This document shows positions 8,737-16,241 of a stretch of DNA of 16,241 nucleotides, one piece after another. This DNA comes from Methanobacterium sp. (GTDB lineage Archaea; Methanobacteriota; Methanobacteria; Methanobacteriales; Methanobacteriaceae): NCBI GenBank assembly GCA_003166335.1, contig PMWA01000076.1, positions 1 through 16,241 on the forward strand. The letters are read 5' to 3'. Within the stretch, counting starts at the first letter, position 1, and each line of letters begins with the position of its first letter. The translations under genes and the position numbers were made by a program. The notes below the pieces were generated by a model, which worked only from the letters and a program-made list of their open reading frames with translations, made no database searches and was not told the DNA's origin.

Positions 8737-8848
8737 ATTTTTATCACCTATTTTATTATTTGTCTTTAATTGGCTATAAAATGTAACTTTACTAAAATCA
8801 TGTTTAATTTTAATGATTTTATTTTATGGATATATTTAAATAATAATT

Positions 8849-8864
8849 ATGAATATATATTCAT
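8849..8864. promoter_or_regulatory. Perfect 16-bp palindrome, candidate DUF134 operator
   Basis: ATGAATATATATTCAT lies between TATA-like TTTAAATA (8835-8842) and the ATG at 8868. Confidence 0.65.
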
Positions 8865-8867
8865 TCT

Positions 8868-9458
8868 ATGCCCCGGCCTCGAAGATTTAGAAAAATATTA
8901 AAAGAACCAGAAATACGTTGCTTTAAACCAGAAAACGAAAACAAAGACTCATTAGAGACTATTGAAATTAATATTGATGAGTATGAAGCAATTAGACTCA
9001 GAGATTATCATGACATTCAACAAAAAAAATCAGCAGAGATAATGGGAATATCACAACCCACATTTCACAGAACATTAACCTCAGCTCGAAAAAAAATATC
9101 TAAGGCCCTAATTGATGGTAAAATGCTAATGATCGTAGGAGAGGATTACATAACAAGCAAAAAAAGGTACAAATGTAACATTTGTGATTTTGAATGGATT
9201 AGCCCTGAAAAAGAGTATGAAAAATGCCCAGATTGTCAATCTAATGATATAATTATAATTTTAGAAAACGAAGAGTCTGAAGGAAAGGATCTTTCGCTGT
9301 TACAAAGAAGATCTTATGGTGGACCCGGGATAAGAGTAGGACCACCAAGAGTTTGTAAATGTCCAGAATGCGGTTATGAATCCCCTAAAACTAGAGCAGT
9401 GCCCTGTAGGAATACCAAGTGTCCGAAATGCGAAACACCACTCTGTGGCTCTGATTAA
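8868..9458 (+). CDS. DUF134 (UPF0251) HTH protein with C-terminal Zn-ribbon motifs
   Basis: MPRPRRFR, EYEAIRLRD, AEIMGISQPTFHRTLTSARKKISKALIDG, then four CxxC pairs (CNIC, CPDC, CPEC, CPKC) plus extra Cys. Confidence 0.92.
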   Translation: MPRPRRFRKILKEPEIRCFKPENENKDSLETIEINIDEYEAIRLRDYHDIQQKKSAEIMGISQPTFHRTLTSARKKISKALIDGKMLMIVGEDYITSKKRYKCNICDFEWISPEKEYEKCPDCQSNDIIIILENEESEGKDLSLLQRRSYGGPGIRVGPPRVCKCPECGYESPKTRAVPCRNTKCPKCETPLCGSD

Positions 9459-9491
9459 AAAAAAAGTTATAAAAAATTTGGTGAATAGGAA

Positions 9492-11087
9492 ATGTCATTT
9501 ATTGAAATAGAAAATGTGACTAAAACATTTAAAGGAGTCGCTGCATTAAAAAACTTGAATTTAACTATAAATGAAGGAAGTGTTTTAGGTATTCTAGGAA
9601 GAAGCGGCGTTGGAAAATCAGTTCTATTAAATATGCTGCGAGGAATGCAGGATTACAAACCAGATAATGGGAAAATTTATTACAACGTTGCTTTATGCCC
9701 CGATTGTAGGATGGTAGACGCACCCTCACGCGCCGGGAAAACTTGCAGTATCTGTGGATGTGAATTTGAACCATACAAAGTTGATTTCTGGAATTGTGAC
9801 CGTTTACTCTTCTCAGCAATAAAAAGAAGAATATCCATAATGCTACAAAGAACCTTCGCCCTATATGAGGATGACACCGTAATTGACAACGTTATAAAAT
9901 CTATCAACGGACATGATGAAGATGAAAGCACTTATATGGCTATAGATCTTATTGACTCAGTCCAGATGACTCATCGTATCACACACATCGCCCGTGACCT
10001 TAGTGGAGGGGAAAAACAAAGAGTAGTGCTAGCTAGACAAATGGCTAAAGAACCTATGATTTTTCTAGCAGATGAACCCACTGGCACATTAGACCCTAAA
10101 ACAGCCGACCTAATACATAAAGCCCTTCAAGAAGGAGTAAAAGAAAAAGGCACAACCATGGTCATCACGTCTCACTGGCCCGAAGTAATGAAAAAACTAT
10201 CTGACCATGTAATATGGCTTGAAAAAGGGGAAATCATAGAAGAAGGTAACCCTGAAGATGTAGTGGCAAGTTTCATGGAACAAGTCCCACTTCCTGAAAT
10301 AAAAGATGAATTTGAAATTGGCGGACCTATAATCAAAATGGAAGGAGTCAAAAAATATTATTACTCCATTGATCGTGGAGTAGTGAAGGCTGTCGATAAT
10401 ATTAATCTCATTGTGGACGAGGGGGAGATTTTTAGTGTGGTAGGTCTCTCAGGAGCTGGTAAAACAACTTTATCCCGGATTTTATATGGTCTGACTGATT
10501 CTAGCAGCGGCAGTATCGAAGTTAAATTAGGTGATGATTGGATAGACATGACCGAGAAAGGATTCACTGGAAGAGGTAGAGTGAAGCCGTATTTAGGAAT
10601 TCTTCATCAGGAATACAGTTTATATCCGCACCGTGACGTGTTAGGCAATCTCACCGATTCAATTAGCCTGGAATTACCTGCTGAATTTGCTAAGATGAAA
10701 GCTTTATATGTGTTGCATGCTGTGGGTTTTGATGATGAATATGCTGATAGTTTATTAACTAAATATCCTGATGAGCTCAGTGGCGGAGAACGTCATCGAG
10801 TAGCTTTAGCCCAAGTACTCATAAAAGAGCCGAATATTATTATTTTAGATGAGCCCACTGGAACTATGGATCCCATAACTCGAGTTCAAGTCACAGATTC
10901 TATAAGAAAAGCTCGTGAAGAGCTTAATCAAACTTTCCTTATTATAAGTCATGATATGGATTTCGTATTGGACGTTTGCGATCGAGCCGCGTTAATGCGT
11001 GGTGGTAGAATCCTTAAAACAGGACTTCCCAATTCTATCGTGGAAGATTTAACACCTAAAGAGAAAAACAAGATGCTCCAAGAATAA
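9492..11087 (+). CDS. atwA: Methyl-coenzyme M reductase system component A2 (tandem ABC ATPase)
   Basis: 531 aa with two ABC cassettes (GRSGVGKS / GLSGAGKT, two LSGGE, DEPTGT), a CPDC..CSIC insertion, and the AtwA-typical [31 protein letters not shown] and [13 protein letters not shown]. No membrane partner; GGTGA SD. Confidence 0.93.
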   Translation: MSFIEIENVTKTFKGVAALKNLNLTINEGSVLGILGRSGVGKSVLLNMLRGMQDYKPDNGKIYYNVALCPDCRMVDAPSRAGKTCSICGCEFEPYKVDFWNCDRLLFSAIKRRISIMLQRTFALYEDDTVIDNVIKSINGHDEDESTYMAIDLIDSVQMTHRITHIARDLSGGEKQRVVLARQMAKEPMIFLADEPTGTLDPKTADLIHKALQEGVKEKGTTMVITSHWPEVMKKLSDHVIWLEKGEIIEEGNPEDVVASFMEQVPLPEIKDEFEIGGPIIKMEGVKKYYYSIDRGVVKAVDNINLIVDEGEIFSVVGLSGAGKTTLSRILYGLTDSSSGSIEVKLGDDWIDMTEKGFTGRGRVKPYLGILHQEYSLYPHRDVLGNLTDSISLELPAEFAKMKALYVLHAVGFDDEYADSLLTKYPDELSGGERHRVALAQVLIKEPNIIILDEPTGTMDPITRVQVTDSIRKAREELNQTFLIISHDMDFVLDVCDRAALMRGGRILKTGLPNSIVEDLTPKEKNKMLQE

Positions 11088-11453
11088 ATATTCTTTAAAT
11101 ATTTATTTTAAATCTGAATTACTTTTTTATAAATTTTTTTGAATCATATAAATTTAATATTTGAATTCCTGAAAGGTAGGCGGTAATGTATAAGATAATC
11201 TTGGGAGTCATTGTTATTGTTGTGATTATAGTAATTATTATCAAAAATCCAACAAAGAAATATGATAAATAATTTGGGAAATTATTATAGTATATTACGA
11301 TATGACCAATGCTCAGCTGGTTATCGTGCAATGCGACCCATGTTTCACTTGAACTGACCATTTCCTCCGAATAATCCAATCTGAAAACATTTTATATTAT
11401 TATGATTTACAATAAAAAAATTAGAGTAAATTTGAATAGGAGACTATTTTCGT

Positions 11454-12386
11454 ATGAATGAATCAAAATTAATGCCTGCAGACAGAATAGAAGTCACAGT
11501 ACTGGTTGATAATTATATTGACATGTTTTTTGGTCAAAGCACCAAGATAGACAAGAGGCCAGAGTTCAATACTAAAGATCCTTTTATAGCGGAACATGGA
11601 TTAGCATGTATTATAAAAGTTTTCGAAGGTTATCAAGAACATATAATACTTATGGATACAGGATTATCATCTCAATCTCTATTACACAATTCAAATGCGT
11701 TGAATATTGATTTAAAGGAAATAGAATCTGTTGTTTTAAGTCATGGGCACTTTGATCATATTGGTGGGCTTATAAATTTCATGAATAAGGTGAATGGTGC
11801 TCCATTACTACTTCATCCCGATGCTTTTCTTAAACGTCGTTTAAATAACCCAGATGTAATTCCAATTAACATACCTAAACTTGATGAAGAATCTTTAAAA
11901 TCAGCCGGAGCGGAAGTTATTAAATCAGAAGGTTCATCATTAATAGCTTCTGATTTGATATTAGTGACGGGAAAAGTGGAAAGGAAAACTGATTTTGAAA
12001 AAGGTTTTCTTTGGGCTGAAGCTAAAATTAATGGTGAATGGATAATGGATCCTATTAATGATGATCAGAGTATTGTTATAAATCTCAAAAATAAAGGAAT
12101 AGTTGTTATAAGTGGTTGTGCACATGCAGGAATAATCAATACAATAAAATATGCCCAAAAAATTACTCAAAATAATAATATTCACGCTGTTTTAGGCGGG
12201 TTTCATCTCACAGGACCATTATTTGAACCCATAATTCAACCCACTATAAAAGAAATGAAAAAAATTAACCCGAATTATGTAGTCCCTATGCACTGCACAG
12301 GATGGGATGCTATTAACCAATTTAAACGAGAAATGCCGAATCAAACTATTATTAACACTGTAGGAACAAAATATATCTTCGAATAA
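11454..12386 (+). CDS. MBL-fold metallo-hydrolase (archaeal dihydropteroate-synthase-like MBL subfamily)
   Basis: VLVDN, AEHGL, MDTG, LSHGHFDHIGG, DDQS, SGCAHAGIIN, GGFHL, PMHCTG; GGAG SD. Confidence 0.9.
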   Translation: MNESKLMPADRIEVTVLVDNYIDMFFGQSTKIDKRPEFNTKDPFIAEHGLACIIKVFEGYQEHIILMDTGLSSQSLLHNSNALNIDLKEIESVVLSHGHFDHIGGLINFMNKVNGAPLLLHPDAFLKRRLNNPDVIPINIPKLDEESLKSAGAEVIKSEGSSLIASDLILVTGKVERKTDFEKGFLWAEAKINGEWIMDPINDDQSIVINLKNKGIVVISGCAHAGIINTIKYAQKITQNNNIHAVLGGFHLTGPLFEPIIQPTIKEMKKINPNYVVPMHCTGWDAINQFKREMPNQTIINTVGTKYIFE

Positions 12387-12420
12387 GTATTATAATAAAA
12401 ATCAATATTTTTTAAAAAAA

Positions 12421-12800
12421 TTATTTTCCAGATAGATTCGGTTAAAGTAGCATTATTATAAATTCAAAGTTCACAGAATCCAGTCATCCGGCCTCATTTA
12501 AAATGTTTAGGGATGATAAACCAGTGTTAAACCACTAAGAAGTGCTACAACATCAGCATGAGGTTCTGCTGGTTCAGATAACTGCTTCCTTGAGGAATTA
12601 ATTCAAATTTTGTTACACTTTTAATATCGGTCATGTCACAAAAACAGATTCTTTATCCCTTATGCGGTAAGCGACAGGTAGTGCATAAGGTGTCATACAC
12701 AGGAACTCCTACAACCGTTACTTTTCTTGCATCACCCATGGCTTCTTTGAATGCTAAAAGATTCCCAATAATATGGCTTAAATTCATTAAATAATTTCAT
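12421..12800 (-). pseudogene. DUF2124-family methanogen protein, degraded
   Basis: ATG at 12800. Stitched frames: MKLFNEFK/IGNLLAFKEAMGDARKVTVVGVP/TPYALPVAYRIRDKESVFV/TDIKSVTKFELIPQG/QLSEPAEPHADVVALLSGLT...EAG*LDSVNFEFIINATLT. Several frameshifts, TGA at 12486-12484 and an apparent internal deletion. Confidence 0.75.
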
Positions 12801-12917
12801 AAAAAAATATTTCGCATTTATTTATTAATATTTCCACAAATAAGATCAATTTATCAAAACTTTAACTTACACCTATTACATTTTTTATAAACTTATTAAC
12901 TCACTATTTTATTCAAT

Positions 12918-13280
12918 TTATTTAGGGTATCCAGAACATAAAGAGGTTATTTCGTCTAATTTGCCTTCATTGAAGCGCTTCAAGTTTTTTTCAATATTTA
13001 ATGAAGTAATTTTATAAACTTTGATTCCTGCATTTTTCAATAAGTGAAATGCAATAGGACCTAGTTTTCCCCCAATTACGGCTTTAATGTTACGATCTAC
13101 CATAAATTGGGCTGCCACATTTCCTGCTGCTTTTTCATTTTTTGCAGGATTTTCAAGGGCCAATATATCTTTAATTGCACCATTTTCTAAATCAACTATT
13201 ATAAAATAAGGGTTTCTTCCAAATAACAAGCTTGAATTAGAATTTATATTCTTCCCATTTGATGTAACAGCGACTTTCAT
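12918..13280 (-). CDS. NifB/NifX-family (FeMo-cofactor biosynthesis domain) protein
   Basis: MKVAVTS, FGRNPYFIIVD, ENP, AGNVAAQF, AVIGGKLGPIAF.LLKNAGIKVY, GKL. Confidence 0.9.
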   Translation of the reverse strand: MKVAVTSNGKNINSNSSLLFGRNPYFIIVDLENGAIKDILALENPAKNEKAAGNVAAQFMVDRNIKAVIGGKLGPIAFHLLKNAGIKVYKITSLNIEKNLKRFNEGKLDEITSLCSGYPK

Positions 13281-13373
13281 ATGATATCTCTCATTAATTA
13301 GAAAATTAAATTAATTAACAAAGTCTAGTAAAATAATAAATTTTTAAATATTTTTTTATTTAATTATTTTATA

Positions 13374-13386
13374 GAATATATATTCA
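13374..13386. promoter_or_regulatory. Second copy of the GAATATATATTC palindrome, upstream of the NifX-family gene
   Basis: Minus strand reads ATTAAATA-tgttt-TGAATATATATTC: 13 nt identical to the 8849-8864 site, with similar TATA-then-palindrome spacing. Confidence 0.55.
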
Positions 13387-13867
13387 AAACATATTTAATA
13401 TTAATTACTGATAATTTAAATGATTAAAAATTTAATGATAATGAAAAAAAGTTAAAATTATGTAGAGGTAATTATTTAGACATGAATATGAATTAATTTT
13501 CAAAAAGTTTCTGTACTCTTAGTTTTTTTCTTTATATGAGATTAAAAAAATTCATTAACTAGCCCATCATACTAAATCTGTTAAAAAAAATATTTCAATT
13601 ATATGACATAAAAAGTATTTTAGAATAGTGATATCATGATGATGAAAAATAATTATAAATATATTATAAGTTTACGTTAAGAGGTAAAGTATTTATGACA
13701 CAGCAATGGCATCATGGATTCAAAAGGATTCTAAAAATCAATGGAAGAATCTGAAGAACATACTGTTTGCGGGTCCTGGCTCATGAAAATCTAGTTCATT
13801 TAATATCCCATTTTTTTGTAAGTCGCCCTTCATCATCAACCAATTATAATATTAATTCTTTTTTTAT

Positions 13868-14944
13868 TTAAGTGGCATAGTAACGTTTTTGGAAATATTT
13901 AGCTACATTTACTAGGCTAATTAATACTGGTACTTCAATTAAGGGTCCGATTACGGTTGCAAACGCAACTGCAGATCCTATTCCAAAAACCGCAATCGCT
14001 ACTGCAATTGCTAATTCAAAATTATTACTCGCAGCAGTAAATGACAATGCCGAGGTTTTAGAGTAATCCGCACCCAATTTATAACCCAATAGGAATGTGG
14101 TGAAGAACATTATCACGAAATATAATAATAATGGAATAGCAATTATAACCACATAATACGGTATCTGAACTATATAACTCCCTTTTAAACTGAACATCAC
14201 TATAATAGTAAAAAGCAATGCCACCAACGTTATAGGACTAATTTTAGGAATAAATTTTTCATCATACCATTCTTCACCTTTATGCTTCACCAACACGTAT
14301 CTAGTCAATATTCCCGCGATGAATGGAATTCCCAGATATATAAAAACACTTTCAGCTATTTGCAGTATACTAATGTTTACAACACTACCTTGTATCCCTA
14401 ATAATGGTGGTAAAACCGTTATAAATACCCAGGCATACACACTATAAAAAAATACTTGAAAAACACTATTAAAAGCCACTAAACCAGCCGCATATTCACT
14501 GTCTCCTTTGGCAAGCTCGTTCCAAACAAGTACCATAGCAATACAACGCGCCAAACCAATTAAAATCAAACCAACCATGAATTCAGGATAATTCCGTAAA
14601 AAAACAACTGCAAGAATGAACATGAGTATAGGTCCCACAATCCAGTTCTGGAATAATGATAAACCTAATATTCGCGTGTTACGGAATACTTCTCCCAATT
14701 CCTCATATTTCACCTTCGCCAAAGGAGGGTACATCATTAAAATTAAACCTATAGCAATTGGTATACTGGTTGTACCAATAGAAAATCTATTTATAAATGA
14801 TTTCACCCCTGGAATGAAGTAACCAAGGGAAATTCCCACTACCATGGCTAAAAAAATCCATAGAGTTAAAAACCGGTTTAAAAACCCCAACCGAGGAGTC
14901 TCACAAACTTTACTAGCAACTTCAACTGTAAGGTCATCCTTCAT
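13868..14944 (-). CDS. acr3: ACR3-family arsenite efflux transporter
   Basis: [71 protein letters not shown]. Confidence 0.96.
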   Translation of the reverse strand: MKDDLTVEVASKVCETPRLGFLNRFLTLWIFLAMVVGISLGYFIPGVKSFINRFSIGTTSIPIAIGLILMMYPPLAKVKYEELGEVFRNTRILGLSLFQNWIVGPILMFILAVVFLRNYPEFMVGLILIGLARCIAMVLVWNELAKGDSEYAAGLVAFNSVFQVFFYSVYAWVFITVLPPLLGIQGSVVNISILQIAESVFIYLGIPFIAGILTRYVLVKHKGEEWYDEKFIPKISPITLVALLFTIIVMFSLKGSYIVQIPYYVVIIAIPLLLYFVIMFFTTFLLGYKLGADYSKTSALSFTAASNNFELAIAVAIAVFGIGSAVAFATVIGPLIEVPVLISLVNVAKYFQKRYYAT

Positions 14945-14962
14945 TAATTCACCTAAAAATTA

Positions 14963-15721
14963 TTATTTTAGAGCTTTAATTTGTACGCTCACTATTTTTC
15001 CAACGAGTCTCTCATCCATCAAGGGTTCAGTGAATACCTTTTCACTTTTAACTTCAACATTCCGAAATCCTGCACTTCTAATGGCATCAAGATATTCCTG
15101 TTTTTCCAGTGCCCCTGCAATGCAGTTTGACCATGCCTGGAAGCTTTCACGAATCTCATCAGGAATGAAGCCATCTGTAATTAGATCAGAAACCAATATC
15201 CGCCCGCCAGGTTTTAAAACTCGGAATGCTTCATTATAAGCCTTAATTTTGTCGGGTGTGAGATTTATAACGCAATTGCTTATAATTAAATCTATGGAGT
15301 TGTCTTCAACTGGCAGGTTTTCTATTTCACCAAGTTTAAATTCAACATTTTCATATCCACCTTCAATTGCATTTTTAACTGCAGTTTCAACCATTTCAAG
15401 AGTCATGTCAACACCGATGACCTTTCCAGCTTCACCTACTTTCTGAGCTGCGAGAAAAACATCTATTCCTCCGCCTGATCCCAGGTCTAAGATGGTTTCA
15501 CCCGGATTTATTTCAGCTAAAGCTGTGGGATTTCCACATCCCAATCCAAATACTGCGCCTGAGGGAATGCTCTTAATCTCTTCCAAAGTGTATCCTGCTG
15601 TTTGAGCCTGTTTGATGATTGAATCTTCCTCATTGCATCCACAACCACATGATTCTTCTTTATTAAAGGCTATTTTTGAATAACGTTCCTTAACGAATTC
15701 CTTTATTTTCTTATCTTCCAT
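14963..15721 (-). CDS. arsM: Arsenite S-adenosylmethionine methyltransferase
   Basis: SCGCGC, GLGCGNP, LDLGSGGGID, SNCVINL and WSNCIAGA carry the conserved ArsM cysteines. ATG at 15721 follows a GATGTGA SD (the track starts at GTG 15730). Confidence 0.95.
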   Translation of the reverse strand: MEDKKIKEFVKERYSKIAFNKEESCGCGCNEEDSIIKQAQTAGYTLEEIKSIPSGAVFGLGCGNPTALAEINPGETILDLGSGGGIDVFLAAQKVGEAGKVIGVDMTLEMVETAVKNAIEGGYENVEFKLGEIENLPVEDNSIDLIISNCVINLTPDKIKAYNEAFRVLKPGGRILVSDLITDGFIPDEIRESFQAWSNCIAGALEKQEYLDAIRSAGFRNVEVKSEKVFTEPLMDERLVGKIVSVQIKALK

Positions 15722-15760
15722 TTTTATCACATCCTTGAATCATATCTATACATCCAAATA

Positions 15761-15776
15761 TATAAATATATTGATA
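15761..15776. promoter_or_regulatory. Imperfect dyad overlapping the arsM TATA box; candidate ArsR operator
   Basis: TATAAATATATTGATA, 14 of 16 positions self-complementary; TTTATATA on the minus strand overlaps it. Confidence 0.45.
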
Positions 15777-15905
15777 CATAATTGCTTAGAATTTAGCTAT
15801 TCCAGAGATGATGAAGAATCTAAATGTTCATCAAGTAGAATTTAAATAACAAAAATTGTATTGAGGTAAAACTATCAAAAAAGTTATTATTATGAGATAA
15901 CACAT

Positions 15906-16241
15906 TTACTGAAAATTAAGTAGTTTCTTTAAATTTGCCGGCAATTTCATATTTGATAGTTTGTAGTGTATCCATACTCCTTCTTTACGCCAATTTAATA
16001 AACCTGCGTTTTTTAAGATGTTCAAATGATGGGATACTGTTGGTTGTGGTTTTTCCAATGCAGCCATTATCTCGCAGACGCATAATTCACCGTGTTCCAG
16101 TATGTAAATAATTTTTAGTCTAGTAGGATCTGCAAGTGCCTTGATGATATCAGCATTTTTTTGTATCACTTTATCACCCGGCATTTCAGACAGTATTTTT
16201 TCAAGTCTCTCAATTTCATCACAGTTGGGTTTACCTTCCCC
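15906..16241 (-). CDS. arsR: ArsR/SmtB-family As(III)-responsive regulator (5' end outside window)
   Basis: KALADPTRLKI, ELCVCE metal-binding box, QPTVSHHL.ILK.AGL. The frame stays open upstream to the window edge (GEGKPNCDEIERLEKILSEMPG...). Confidence 0.93.
   Translation of the reverse strand, partial: GEGKPNCDEIERLEKILSEMPGDKVIQKNADIIKALADPTRLKIIYILEHGELCVCEIMAALEKPQPTVSHHLNILKNAGLLNWRKEGVWIHYKLSNMKLPANLKKLLNFQ

Noticed and set aside
9492..11087. Calling this a transporter ATPase partnered with the 7351..8103 permease
   Set aside because: It has AtwA-specific motifs and a Zn insertion, and the permease already has its own adjacent ATPase.
11119..11379. 86-aa minus-strand ORF with faint HIT-like start and hydrophobic stretch
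   Set aside because: TTG start without a clear SD, low-complexity Ile/Thr run and no HIT histidine triad; possibly a relic but not supportable.
13681..13850. GAGGT + ATG at 13695 and GC-richer patch after acr3 (possible small gene or arsC remnant)
   Set aside because: All frames close quickly, and there is no Cx5R or other recognisable motif on either strand.
590..15446. Remaining short track ORFs overlapping assigned genes (e.g. 590..778, 981..1223, 2150..2338, 7584..7826, 9565..9931, 14844..15239)
   Set aside because: Antisense or alternate-frame shadows of well-supported CDSs, with no motifs.
1..16241. CRISPR array, tRNA/rRNA, transposase or integrase
   Set aside because: No regularly spaced repeats, structured GC-rich RNA genes or recombinase/transposase motifs were seen by eye.

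Overview
AT-rich DNA from a methanogenic archaeon; gene content and GGTGA/GGAGG Shine-Dalgarno sites point to Methanobacterium or a close relative. The first ~2 kb looks like core genome: a TraB-domain gene, comB, a single-TRAM-domain protein and a conserved hypothetical. The rest is an accessory metal/redox patchwork. It contains a DUF169 gene, a doubly frameshifted nitrite/sulfite-reductase-like gene, a decayed frhG'-frhB copy, and a Zn-ribbon protein. An HxlR regulator is divergent from a 55-aa Cys/His-rich coiled-coil gene (missed by the ORF track) and an ABC-2 exporter. Further right are a DUF134 regulator in apparent operon with atwA (MCR activation component A2), an MBL-fold hydrolase, a DUF2124 pseudogene, a NifB/NifX-family gene and an arsR-arsM-acr3 arsenic cluster. 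The most interesting signal is the palindrome (T)GAATATATATTC(A), found just downstream of a TATA-like box in front of both DUF134-atwA and the NifX-family gene. This suggests a small regulon linking an MCR-activation ATPase to a possible metallocluster carrier. All family assignments come from motif recognition by eye, not database searches.
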